From assembly GCA_024278215.1 (NCBI GenBank), contig JAJRTR010000111.1:62001-123482 (forward strand): a DNA stretch of 61,482 nucleotides, in the 5' to 3' direction. The stretch comes from a bacterium. Lineage in GTDB: Bacteria; UBP15; UBA6099; JAJRTR01. The notes beneath the pieces were generated by a model. It ran no database searches and was not told where the DNA came from. It worked only from the letters and a program-made list of their open reading frames with translations. Shown here in pieces: positions 48,135-57,633 of this stretch (position 1 is the stretch's first letter; each line of letters starts with the position of its first letter). A program made the position numbers and the translations under genes.

Positions 48135-49940
48135 ATGAGTGAAGACCTTGTAAAAATAACAATCGACGGGATCGAACTCGAAGCGCCCAAAGGCACATCC
48201 GTGCTGGAAGCCGCCCGCACCATAGGCATCGAGATACCACACTTCTGCTACCACCAGGACCTGAGCTGGAGCGGCACGTGCCGCATGTGTTTTGTCGAGG
48301 TCGAGAAGATGCCCAAGCTGGCAACCGCCTGCTGCACCACCGTCATGCCCGACATGATTGTACACACAAAGACACCCAAGGTGATCGAGGCGCGCCGCGC
48401 GGTGCTCGAATTCCTGCTGCTCGATCACCCCATCGACTGCCCCGTATGCGACCAGGCCGGCGAATGCAAACTCCAGGATTATTTCATGGAGTACGGCCTC
48501 TACGACAGCAACATGCAGCTCGACGCGAAAATACATCGCGGCAAAGTCATAAGACTTGGCGAACATGTTGTGATGGACCGCGAAAGATGTATCCTCTGCA
48601 AACGTTGTGTACGGTTCTGCGAAGAAGTCAGCGGCACACACGCCCTCAAGGTCGAGTACCGCGGCAACCACAGCCAGATCACTACTCACGACAATAAACC
48701 TATCGAAGACGATTACTCGGGCAACCTGCCCGACGTATGCCCCGTCGGGGCGCTCACCAGCGCGAAATTCCGCTTCAAATGCCGTTCGTGGCTCATGGAC
48801 TCGACAGATTCGATATGCGCCGGCTGCTCGACGGGGTGCAATATAAGAATCGACGCCTATAAGAATGAAATACAGCGCTATGTTGGCCGCCGCAACCCGG
48901 ATGTTAATAAAAGCTGGCTCTGCAACGAAGGCCGCATGAGCTGGGCCGAACTCCAGAACGTGAACCGGCTCGACCAGCCTGTGATCCTCGACGGTGGCGC
49001 GCAGATTCCCATCTCCTGGAACGATGCGATGGAACTGATGCTGAAAAAAATCCGCAAGGCCGGCGCAGCCATCGCCGGATTCGCTTCGGCGAAAATGTCG
49101 AATGAAGAACTTTTCCTTTTCAGAACTCTCATACAGAACCACTGCGGCAGCGGCAACCTCGAGTTCCGCGCCGACGACGAATACGAACTTGTCGAAGAAA
49201 AAGAAGACGAAGTGCTCCGCCGCAAAGACAAGAACCCGAACACGCGCGGCGCGCTCGATCTCGACATGGGTGTGGCCGGTCGCGACGCGATTCTCAAGTC
49301 GGCGCAGGCGGGCGAGATACCGCTCCTGCTGATCTTCAACCAGGACCTGCTCGAGAAGATGCCTGACGCTCAGGCGATTTTCGACAACACTTTCACAATT
49401 GTCTTCTCGCCCCGCAGAACCAAAACCGCGAAGGCAGCCGACCTCGCGCTGCCCATCGCCGAGTACTTCGAGACTTCCGGCACATTCACAAACTTCGCCG
49501 GCATCAAGCAGCGATTCGATAAAGCCGTCAACGGCCCGGGCGAAACCCGCGAAGGCTGGCAGGTTCTCAAAGATGTCATGATGGAACTCGAAGAGAATAT
49601 AACATTCGGTTCCACCGTGTCCGTGACGGGCGCGCTGGACGAAGTCCTTGCCGCCAAAGCCGACAGTATCGCAAAAGAAGAAGCCGCGAAACAGGCTCTC
49701 GCCGACGCCGAGGCCGCCGCTAAACAGAAGATCGAAGAAGCACAGAAGCAGGCTGAGGCCGCGAAACAACAGGCGATACAGCAGGCGGTGCAGAACGCCA
49801 AGATGGAAGCCGAGATGGAAAAGGAAGAAGCTGTCGAGGCGGCTGTCGAAGAAGCGGAAGAAGAGTTTGAAGCCGAAAAACAAAAGGCTATCGAAGAGGC
49901 AGTCAAAAAAGCGCTCGAAGAACAGGGCAAGAGCGAATAA
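48135..49940 (+). CDS. nuoG: NuoG-like Fe-S subunit with Ala/Glu/Lys-rich C-terminal tail
   Basis: HFCYH..CRMC (N1b), HPIDCPVCDQAGEC (N5), CILCKRC..CPVGAL (N4), CAGCSTGC..C (N7). Confidence 0.9.
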   Translation: MSEDLVKITIDGIELEAPKGTSVLEAARTIGIEIPHFCYHQDLSWSGTCRMCFVEVEKMPKLATACCTTVMPDMIVHTKTPKVIEARRAVLEFLLLDHPIDCPVCDQAGECKLQDYFMEYGLYDSNMQLDAKIHRGKVIRLGEHVVMDRERCILCKRCVRFCEEVSGTHALKVEYRGNHSQITTHDNKPIEDDYSGNLPDVCPVGALTSAKFRFKCRSWLMDSTDSICAGCSTGCNIRIDAYKNEIQRYVGRRNPDVNKSWLCNEGRMSWAELQNVNRLDQPVILDGGAQIPISWNDAMELMLKKIRKAGAAIAGFASAKMSNEELFLFRTLIQNHCGSGNLEFRADDEYELVEEKEDEVLRRKDKNPNTRGALDLDMGVAGRDAILKSAQAGEIPLLLIFNQDLLEKMPDAQAIFDNTFTIVFSPRRTKTAKAADLALPIAEYFETSGTFTNFAGIKQRFDKAVNGPGETREGWQVLKDVMMELEENITFGSTVSVTGALDEVLAAKADSIAKEEAAKQALADAEAAAKQKIEEAQKQAEAAKQQAIQQAVQNAKMEAEMEKEEAVEAAVEEAEEEFEAEKQKAIEEAVKKALEEQGKSE

Positions 49941-50056
49941 CGAAAATGAGGCGCACACAAACCCGTTTGCGTGCGCCGGTTTGAAGATGAAAAATGTGCG
50001 GAGCGTGGTTGAGTCACTGTTCCGCACCTCAATAGCCGTAAAAGGATGGCAGGCAG

Positions 50057-50662
50057 ATGAAGAAAATCGTTAATCCGAAATCAAAAGGATACCTGATCGA
50101 AATACTTAACGGGCTGTCGGTAACGCTCAAGCACTTGCTCAGGCGCGATATCGCCACGATCCAGTACCCCGAGCAGCGCCGCGAATACTCGGACCGTTTC
50201 CGAGGGATACACATACTCACACGCCGGGAAAACGGTGACCCCAAATGTGTCGCCTGTTACATGTGCCAGACCGTGTGCCCGGCGGACTGCATTACCATAG
50301 TCGCCGAAGAGCACGAAGACCCGATGATCGAAAAACGCCCCAAAAGCTTCGAGATCGACCTCATGCGCTGCATCATGTGCGGATTCTGTGTCGAGGCCTG
50401 CCCGAAGGAAGCGCTTATAATGAGCAACGACTTCGAGATGGCAACCTGGACACGCGACGAAGCCGTCTATAACCTCAACAAACTCATGGGCCGCAGCAAG
50501 CTGGCCGTCTCAGGGCTCGGCTTCAGGCCCTACTATGATGAAGACCAGAGCAGCGGCAAACCCACAATGGTCGGCCCCGGCCCGAAAGACAGTTTCAGGC
50601 CCGTCTACCGCGACATGCTCGGCCGGGTCGATGCCGGTAAACTCGAAGCCGGCACGGAATGA
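50057..50662 (+). CDS. nuoI: NADH-quinone oxidoreductase subunit I
   Basis: TIQYPE, RFRGIH, CVACYMCQTVCP, CIMCGFCVEACP. Confidence 0.95.
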   Translation: MKKIVNPKSKGYLIEILNGLSVTLKHLLRRDIATIQYPEQRREYSDRFRGIHILTRRENGDPKCVACYMCQTVCPADCITIVAEEHEDPMIEKRPKSFEIDLMRCIMCGFCVEACPKEALIMSNDFEMATWTRDEAVYNLNKLMGRSKLAVSGLGFRPYYDEDQSSGKPTMVGPGPKDSFRPVYRDMLGRVDAGKLEAGTE

Positions 50663-50695
50663 TTTTGCATCGCGCAAATTATAGAAACGCCCCGG

Positions 50696-50723
50696 AACGC
50701 TCCCGTACAACCGGGAGCGTTTT
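50696..50723 (+). terminator. Intrinsic terminator after nuoI
   Basis: aacgctcccg-N6-cgggagcgtt-tt. Confidence 0.65.
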
Positions 50724-50726
50724 AAG

Positions 50727-50755
50727 TTGACATGTTGCGACAGTGTAGCTATAAT
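50727..50755 (+). promoter_or_regulatory. Consensus sigma-70 promoter for the tRNA pair
   Basis: TTGACA-N17-TATAAT, perfect. Confidence 0.85.
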
Positions 50756-50820
50756 AATTTCCCGTACAAAAGGCCTTCTGGTATTGTTTGTGAATGAGAC
50801 AATCCGGAAAGCGCGTGGAA

Positions 50821-50893
50821 TGCGGCGTAGCCAAATTGGTAAGGCGCCTGACTCTGGATCAGGAGACTAGAGGTTCGAGTCCTCTCGCCGCAG
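50821..50893 (+). tRNA. tRNA-Gln(CTG), CCA not encoded
   Basis: Acceptor tgcggcg/cgccgca, anticodon arm cctga-ctCTGga-tcagg, T-loop ggttcgagtcc. Confidence 0.95.
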
Positions 50894-50900
50894 TATATGA

Positions 50901-50973
50901 GGCCCCTTCGTCTAGTGGCCCAGGACAACGGATTCTCAGTCCGTAAACAGGGGTTCGATTCCCCTAGGGGCTA
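50901..50973 (+). tRNA. tRNA-Glu(CTC), CCA not encoded
   Basis: Acceptor ggcccct/aggggct, anticodon arm acgga-ttCTCag-tccgt, T-loop ggttcgattcc. Confidence 0.95.
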
Positions 50974-50978
50974 TCAAA

Positions 50979-51013
50979 AAACAAACCGCCTTCACGGGCG
51001 GTTTGTTTATTTT
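50979..51013 (+). terminator. Intrinsic terminator of the tRNA operon
   Basis: aaacaaaccgcc-N6-ggcggtttgttt-atttt. Confidence 0.85.
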
Positions 51014-51074
51014 GCCCGCATTTCGGGGTATAGTATTTAATGGTAGCGTTGAAGAAGCATAAAAGGGAATTCAG

Positions 51075-52787
51075 ATGTTTGAAAACGACATGGATGAAAG
51101 ATTCGAGAAGAATATCGCTGTTGTCGGAATGGGCTACTGGGGTAAAAACCTGGTCAGGAATTTCAGTGAACTGAGCGTCCTGCTGTGCGTATGCGACAAG
51201 GACACCGCCCGGCAGGCTGTGTTGAAGGAGAAATATCCCGAGTCTGATTTCGTAAGCGACTATGGCGATGTGCTGAACGACGATCGTGTGAAAGCTGTTG
51301 TGATCGCGACGCCGGCGGCGACTCACTTCCGCATGGCGAAAGCCGCGATGGAGGCGGGCAAAGACGTATATGTCGAAAAACCACTCGCGCTCAGTGTCGC
51401 GGAAGGTGAAAAACTTGTCGGCTTCGCCGCGCGCTACAGGCGTATCCTCATGGTTGGCCATATCCTGAGATACCATCCGGCCATCATCAAGCTCGATGAG
51501 ATTATCCGCAACGGCGAGCTCGGCAAACTCCGCTATATCTACTCAAACAGGCTAAGCATGGGCAAGATTCGTACTGAGGAGAATATCCTCTGGAGTTTCG
51601 CGCCACACGACATCTCCGTCATCCTCGCGCTCCTGGGCGAAGAGCCCTGCGCCGTCTCGTGCGAGGGCGGCAGCTACCTGAGCGAAAATATTCCCGATGT
51701 CACCATGAGCCAGTTCGTGTTCCCCAGCGGGGTGCGTGCCCATATACATGTGAGCTGGCTGCACCCGTTCAAGGAGCAGCGTCTCGTTGTCATCGGCTCG
51801 GAGAAAATGGCTGTTTTCGACGACACCATTCAGGAAAAACTCGTCCTGTATCCTCATCGCATCGAATGGAAAAACCACATACCCACCGCGGTAAAAGCTG
51901 AAGCGGAAGTAGTGCCGCTCGAACTGCGCGAACCTCTCAAGCAGGAGTGCGCTCACTTCCTGAAGTGCATCGCCACGCGCTCGACACCCCGGACAAACGG
52001 CGACGAGGGACTTCGCGTGCTGAAAATTCTGAATGAATGCCAGAACAAACTGGATTTCGAGCGGTTAAGCTGCAAAACCGGCATATCGAAAACGGCTTCC
52101 GGCATTACGGACAATAAAACATCCGACGATTACTTCGCCCATGAGACAGCGGTCGTCGACGCCGGCTGCGAAATAGGCGCGGGAACGAAAGTGTGGCATT
52201 TCTCACATATCATGAAGGCCGCGAAAATCGGCGAAAATTGCGTATTCGGACAGAACTGCAATGTCGGCGGCGGAGTCGTCGTCGGCAACAACGTGAAAGT
52301 GCAGAATAACGTTTCCATATACACCGGCACGGTTATAGAAGACGACGTATTCCTGGGTCCGTCCTGTGTGTTGACGAATGTCACCAACCCGAGATCGCAG
52401 ATAAAAAGACACAGCCTGTTCGAAAAAACCGTCATCCGGCGCGGCGCGACAATCGGCGCGAACTCGACAATTGTATGCGGGGTGGAGATCGGCCGTTACG
52501 CATTTGTCGCCGCGGGCGCTGTCGTCACTTCGGATGTTCCCGATTACGCGCTTGTCATGGGCAACCCGGCCGCCCAGGACGGGTGGATGAGCAGGCATGG
52601 CCACAGGTTGATAAACTCCGATGATTCGTCTATTATGATATGCCCTGAAAGCGGCTTCCGCTACGAAGAGACCAGACCGGGCGTTCTCAGATGCCTGGAC
52701 TTGAGTGAAGACGAACCACTTCCGGAGGACATGTCGGTCGGCGAAAAATCGTATGGCGATTTCAAAAGACTACCGGCTGATTCGTAG
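51075..52787 (+). CDS. Fused Gfo/Idh/MocA oxidoreductase and WbpD/WlbB-like hexapeptide N-acetyltransferase
   Basis: GMGYWGKN, VEKP, MVGH, FAPHD; then IGAGTKVWHFSH, KVQNNVSIY, FLGPSCVLTN, GNPA. Confidence 0.9.
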   Translation: MFENDMDERFEKNIAVVGMGYWGKNLVRNFSELSVLLCVCDKDTARQAVLKEKYPESDFVSDYGDVLNDDRVKAVVIATPAATHFRMAKAAMEAGKDVYVEKPLALSVAEGEKLVGFAARYRRILMVGHILRYHPAIIKLDEIIRNGELGKLRYIYSNRLSMGKIRTEENILWSFAPHDISVILALLGEEPCAVSCEGGSYLSENIPDVTMSQFVFPSGVRAHIHVSWLHPFKEQRLVVIGSEKMAVFDDTIQEKLVLYPHRIEWKNHIPTAVKAEAEVVPLELREPLKQECAHFLKCIATRSTPRTNGDEGLRVLKILNECQNKLDFERLSCKTGISKTASGITDNKTSDDYFAHETAVVDAGCEIGAGTKVWHFSHIMKAAKIGENCVFGQNCNVGGGVVVGNNVKVQNNVSIYTGTVIEDDVFLGPSCVLTNVTNPRSQIKRHSLFEKTVIRRGATIGANSTIVCGVEIGRYAFVAAGAVVTSDVPDYALVMGNPAAQDGWMSRHGHRLINSDDSSIMICPESGFRYEETRPGVLRCLDLSEDEPLPEDMSVGEKSYGDFKRLPADS

Positions 52788-53058
52788 TATTTGTAGCTTT
52801 TTATCAACTGAATAATCATAATATATCACACCTGTTTATTCGTAATTGTTAATTATAATATATCAATTAACATGCTAATGAAAAAACGCATTATACAGAA
52901 TCGTTCAGCTCTGGATAATGAAGTGCTATACTGTCCTCAATGCCTGTAAATAAAGCAGGCAACCACTATATCTCTATAAGTCCGAAATCGTAAATGATGA
53001 AGGAAAACTATTAAATTAATAATAATGGAACAAAAAATAATAAATAATTGTTAAGCTT

Positions 53059-53101
53059 TGTGACTGGTGTCACAGACAGGTGAAAACTAATAATGTAGAA
53101 T
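53059..53101 (+). promoter_or_regulatory. Class II CRP/FNR-type promoter for the polysaccharide operon
   Basis: Perfect TGTGA-ctggtg-TCACA (53059-53074) and -10 TAGAAT (53096-53101); site centre at about -41.5. Confidence 0.7.
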
Positions 53102-53224
53102 TTACCCGCAATTTATTGTGACCACGGAGTTCGGGACAGGAGATGTCCCGCCGGATGACGAAGAAGGACACAGCCTGAAGCGCCGGGCAGCTATAGCAAC
53201 AGAACAACTGGAAATTACTTAATA

Positions 53225-54784
53225 GTGAACCAACCGGGTAATACATCCTCGAACAGCGGCTGCGCGGGCGCGTCACCGCAGAATAAACATATCGCTCTAA
53301 AAGTGCGTAAATCGCCGGCAAGCTTCGCTAAAAGCGTGATGGCCCTTGGCGGCGCGGCGATAATATCGCAGGGGCTCGGCATTGTTTCGATACCGATTAT
53401 TTCCAGACTGTATCTTCCGGAAGCGGCGGGCTATGCGGCGCTTTTCGCCTCGATCATAGCGCCGATACAACTGCTCGCCACGCTCAGATATGAGGCTACA
53501 ATCGTGCTTCCCAACGAAGATGAAGATGCGGCGAATATTTTTGTTTTGTGCATCTTCAATGTCTTGCTGGTAACGGCAATCAGCGCACTTGCGACCCTGA
53601 TAGGCGGCGACTATATCCTGTCGCGATTCAGAGACGGCGAGTATCTTATCAGATTCAAATGGTTGTTTCCGGCGGCGATATTTCTCGCCGGTATCCTGCA
53701 ACCGCTCAGGTACTGGAACACACGCAAGAATACATTCTCGAGGCTAGGCGCGATGAGGGTCGTCACATCGGTAGTAAAAGCTGGAAGCCTGATCGGAGGC
53801 GGCGCGGTGGGCTATACGTCCGGCGGCGCGATGATCATTTTCAAGCTCACGAGCACTCTGGCTTCTCCAGCCCTTTTGTTCGCCGGTTTGTGCCGCAGAG
53901 ACCTGGGATTCATTATCAGGAATTACCACCCGAAAAAAGTGTGGTTCTGGGCAAGGAGATATAAAAGATTTCCTCTCATAGATACATGGACTACGCTTCT
54001 AAATTCGACTTCCCTGCAAATAGGAGTACTTTTTCTCGCCTACTTTTACGGAGCGCATGAAACGGGCTTGTATTCATTCTGCCTGGGTGTGTTGCAACTA
54101 CCGGCCAACCTTGTGGGCGCCGCCGTGTCGCAGGTGGTTTTCCGGAAACTCGCCGCCACTCATGCCGCAGGTGAAGACATCGCGCCGCTGCTCGAAAAAA
54201 TATTCAAACTCCTGTCTACAATCGGTCTTCTGCCCTTCTGCATGATCGTACTCATCGGCCCTTCACTCTTCGCCGTGGCACTCGGTCCCGAATGGGTCGA
54301 GTCCGGCATCTACGCGAGAATGCTTGCGCCATGGTTGCTCATCAACTTCATCTATGTGCCTCTTGCAAATATCTTTTATGTCCTGGAAAAACAGGTGGAA
54401 GACCTGGTATTCAGTGTTATACTGCTGAGTGTCAGGGCCGGAGTGCTCTATTACGGGGTAACTCACTTCAGTGACGCTAAATTGACGATTATGGGTTTCG
54501 GTATCGCCAATCTATCAGTTTACATGGGCGTCACCTTTTACCTTTTACGCATAACCGGCGTGTCGATCTCCAGAATAATCATTCATAGTTTAAAAGACCT
54601 GATGCTTGTGATCCCGATACTCGCCGCGACTGCTCTTTGCAAATATATATTCAATCTTTCGGGCTACACTCTGTTCACTGTCGCTGCCATACTGTCGCTT
54701 CCCTATGTTTATGTTGCAGTGAAGAACACCGGCGCCCTGCGCAGATTGAAGATAAATGGGAATAACGGTATAAATGGGAAGTGA
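53225..54784 (+). CDS. wzx: Oligosaccharide flippase (Wzx-type)
   Basis: Multi-TM MOP family: PIISRLYLPE, LRYEATI, RYKRFP, GPEWVESG; start uncertain. Confidence 0.88.
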   Translation: MNQPGNTSSNSGCAGASPQNKHIALKVRKSPASFAKSVMALGGAAIISQGLGIVSIPIISRLYLPEAAGYAALFASIIAPIQLLATLRYEATIVLPNEDEDAANIFVLCIFNVLLVTAISALATLIGGDYILSRFRDGEYLIRFKWLFPAAIFLAGILQPLRYWNTRKNTFSRLGAMRVVTSVVKAGSLIGGGAVGYTSGGAMIIFKLTSTLASPALLFAGLCRRDLGFIIRNYHPKKVWFWARRYKRFPLIDTWTTLLNSTSLQIGVLFLAYFYGAHETGLYSFCLGVLQLPANLVGAAVSQVVFRKLAATHAAGEDIAPLLEKIFKLLSTIGLLPFCMIVLIGPSLFAVALGPEWVESGIYARMLAPWLLINFIYVPLANIFYVLEKQVEDLVFSVILLSVRAGVLYYGVTHFSDAKLTIMGFGIANLSVYMGVTFYLLRITGVSISRIIIHSLKDLMLVIPILAATALCKYIFNLSGYTLFTVAAILSLPYVYVAVKNTGALRRLKINGNNGINGK

Positions 54785-54850
54785 AGACACATCCGACGCG
54801 TATCATCGTTCCCGGTGTCTGCTCCGGGTCCGCAGGAGAGTTGAAATACT

Positions 54851-55468
54851 ATGATAGCAGTTATTGATTACGGCATGTGCAACACAGGCTCGATCCTGAA
54901 CATGCTCAAAAAAGTGGGTGCCGGGGCGGTCGCGACCTCACAGGTATCGGATATTGAGAAAGCAGACAAGCTGATACTTCCGGGAGTGGGCGCTTTCGAC
55001 AAGGCGATGAAATCGCTCGACAGGGCGGGCATTATCCCGGCCATGGAAAAAAGAGTGATCGAAGACAGAATTCCTTTGCTCGGGATATGTCTCGGGATGC
55101 AGATTCTCGCCAGAGGCAGCGAAGAAGGTACACGCGCGGGACTCGGCTGGCTCGAGGCCGATGTGAGGAAATTCAACTTTCCTCACAACGACAATCGACT
55201 GAAGATTCCTCACATGGGCTGGAACCGCATCGAGATAAAAAAAGAAAGCAACCTTCTCGAAGGCATCGACGATAACCCAAGGTTCTATTTCGTACATTCT
55301 TATCACATTGTCTGCGACGAACCGCGCGACATTCTCGCCGAAACGCACCACGGCTACTACTTCACTTCCGCCGTACAGCACGAGAACATCATGGGCACTC
55401 AGTTCCATCCGGAAAAGAGCCACCGTTTCGGACTTTCCGTTTTCAAAAACTTCTTGGAGCGATTCTGA
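54851..55468 (+). CDS. hisH2: HisH2-type glutamine amidotransferase subunit (polysaccharide-associated)
   Basis: IDYG, LILPGVGAF, GICLGMQ, PHMGWN, YFVHSY, QFHPEKS. Confidence 0.9.
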   Translation: MIAVIDYGMCNTGSILNMLKKVGAGAVATSQVSDIEKADKLILPGVGAFDKAMKSLDRAGIIPAMEKRVIEDRIPLLGICLGMQILARGSEEGTRAGLGWLEADVRKFNFPHNDNRLKIPHMGWNRIEIKKESNLLEGIDDNPRFYFVHSYHIVCDEPRDILAETHHGYYFTSAVQHENIMGTQFHPEKSHRFGLSVFKNFLERF

Positions 55469-55471
55469 AAT

Positions 55472-56233
55472 ATGCTCAGATCAAGAGTCATCCCCTGCCT
55501 GCTCCTCAAGAACCGGGGGCTGGTGAAGACAATTAAATTCAAGAACCCGACTTATGTTGGCGATCCGATAAACGCGATCAGGGTTTTCAATGAAAAAGAA
55601 GTGGACGAACTCATCTTCCTGGACATCGAAGCGTCTGCGCGGAACAAAAAACCCGGACTCGACCTGATAGACGACATCGCAAGCGAATGTTTCATGCCGT
55701 TCTGCTACGGCGGCGGTATCGACTCGATAGTGGACATAAGAAAGATATTCGGGCTCGGCGCGGAAAAAGTTTCTATAAACACAACTGCGATAAATGAACC
55801 TTCTTTTGTGAGAGAGGCGGCAGACGAATTCGGTTCACAGAGCATCGTGGTGGCGATGGACGTAAAGGAGACTTTCCTGAAAAAACGCAAAGTCTATGTC
55901 CACGCAACCCGGAAAGCCATCCCGAAGGACCCGGTGGAATACGCGGTCGAGATGCAGAAGATGGGCGCGGGCGAACTGCTGGTGAATTCCGTCGACAGAG
56001 ACGGAACGATGCGGGGATACGACATCGAGTTGCTGAAGAGAATCACAAGCGCGGTCGACATCCCCGTGATCGCCTGCGGCGGTGCGGGAACGATCGAACA
56101 TCTTGTAGTGGCGATCAGGGAGGGCGGCGCTTCGGCGGTGGCGGCGGGCAGCATGTTTGTTTTCTACGGAAAGCACCGGGCGGTTCTGATAAATTATCCG
56201 CCTTATGAAAAACTGATCGGGGCGGGTTTGTGA
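55472..56233 (+). CDS. hisF2: HisF2/AglZ-type TIM-barrel protein (acetamidino modification)
   Basis: RVIPCLLL, YVGDPINAIRVFNEKEVDE, ECFMP..YGGG, HRAVLINYP (HisF2-type C-terminus). Confidence 0.9.
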   Translation: MLRSRVIPCLLLKNRGLVKTIKFKNPTYVGDPINAIRVFNEKEVDELIFLDIEASARNKKPGLDLIDDIASECFMPFCYGGGIDSIVDIRKIFGLGAEKVSINTTAINEPSFVREAADEFGSQSIVVAMDVKETFLKKRKVYVHATRKAIPKDPVEYAVEMQKMGAGELLVNSVDRDGTMRGYDIELLKRITSAVDIPVIACGGAGTIEHLVVAIREGGASAVAAGSMFVFYGKHRAVLINYPPYEKLIGAGL

Positions 56234-56358
56234 TTTTTACCGCCGCAAGTGATTTTGGGTTAAATACCGCTTATAATATCTGCTGGTATATTACGCGGGC
56301 GGACACGGGCGGTTCGAGACGGATGCAGCCCGCAAACAAGTAGACGAAAGGCCGGAAG

Positions 56359-57510
56359 ATGCTGGACGTACAAGCTCTCAGGCAGGCCCGGGAACAGGAA
56401 AAGTCGTATCGGATATGCACAAGGTGCATAATGGACACGACCGCGCGCGACATCACATTCGACGAAGACGGGGTATGCAACTACTGCAAGTATTACGAAT
56501 TTCTGGCCGACAATTTTCTTTTCACGGGCGAAGACGGCGAAAGGCGTATCCGGGGAATTGCCGCGCGGATAAAGGAAGACGGCAGGAACAGGGAATACGA
56601 CTGTGTGATGGGACTCAGCGGCGGGGTGGACAGCACATTCGCCGCATGGCACACTGCCCGGCTTGGCCTGCGGCCTATCATTATTCACCTCGACAACGGC
56701 TGGAATACTCAGATTTCCATCAACAACATCGAGAACATCGCCAGAAACCTCGGCCTCCAGCTTTTTACCTATGTCATCGACTGGGAGGAGTTCAAGGAAC
56801 TACAGGTGTCGTTCCTGAAAGCATCGGTTGTAGACATCGAGATGCTGACGGACCATGCGATAATCGCAGTCCTCTACCGCACTGCCATCAGGAACAAAGT
56901 CAACTACATCATCTCCGGCAGCAACATCGTCACGGAAGGCATTATGGCCAACGGCTGGGTGCACAGCAAGAGCGACCTGGTCAATATAAAGGACATCCAG
57001 AAAAAGTACGGTTCGAAAAAAATAAGAAGTTTCCCCACGCTCGGCCTGTACCATAAGCTTTACTATCAACACGTGAAAAAGATACAGACGGTGAAACCGC
57101 TCAACCATGTTCCCTATGTCAAAAGCGAGGCGAAAGAAACGATAATGAAAGAACTCGGCTGGCAGGATTACGGCGGGAAACATTTCGAGTCGATCTTCAC
57201 ACGTTTCTACCAGGCCTACATCCTGCCGGTGAAGTTCAATGTCGACAAACGCAAAGCGCATCTGTCGTCGTTGATAATGTCCGGCCAGATCGACCGCGAA
57301 GCTGCTTTGAAAGAAATGGAAAAACCGATCTACGAGTCCAGGGAAGCGCTCGAGAGCGACATCGAGTATGTGCTGAAAAAGCTCGGGCTGTCGCGCCTCG
57401 AGTTCGAGGATATTATGAAAGAGAAGCCCCGCAGCCATTACGATTTCCGCACGGACAAGACAACTATCGACAAGATAAAACAAGTTTACAGGATTATCCG
57501 GCGAAAATGA
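56359..57510 (+). CDS. wbpG: N-acetyl sugar amidotransferase (WbpG/PseA family)
   Basis: ICTRCIMDT, GVCNYC, PP-loop GLSGGVDS, DNGWN, YGGKHFES, DKRKAHLS. Confidence 0.88.
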   Translation: MLDVQALRQAREQEKSYRICTRCIMDTTARDITFDEDGVCNYCKYYEFLADNFLFTGEDGERRIRGIAARIKEDGRNREYDCVMGLSGGVDSTFAAWHTARLGLRPIIIHLDNGWNTQISINNIENIARNLGLQLFTYVIDWEEFKELQVSFLKASVVDIEMLTDHAIIAVLYRTAIRNKVNYIISGSNIVTEGIMANGWVHSKSDLVNIKDIQKKYGSKKIRSFPTLGLYHKLYYQHVKKIQTVKPLNHVPYVKSEAKETIMKELGWQDYGGKHFESIFTRFYQAYILPVKFNVDKRKAHLSSLIMSGQIDREAALKEMEKPIYESREALESDIEYVLKKLGLSRLEFEDIMKEKPRSHYDFRTDKTTIDKIKQVYRIIRRK

Positions 57511-57633
57511 CAACCCCATGCAGGTGCGAAGCGATGAATCTGATCGTTTCGTTCCGGGGTTCCGACCCGCAACACACGGACTGAATGTTCTGCGTTCACC
57601 ATAAAACGACTCGAGTGTTTTTTATTGAAACCA

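Noticed and set aside
53059-53192. ZTP or glycine riboswitch before wzx (gtgactgg..accacgg..gccgggca)
   Set aside because: Spacing and pairing do not fit, the gene context is wrong, and the first motif is explained by the CRP-type palindrome.
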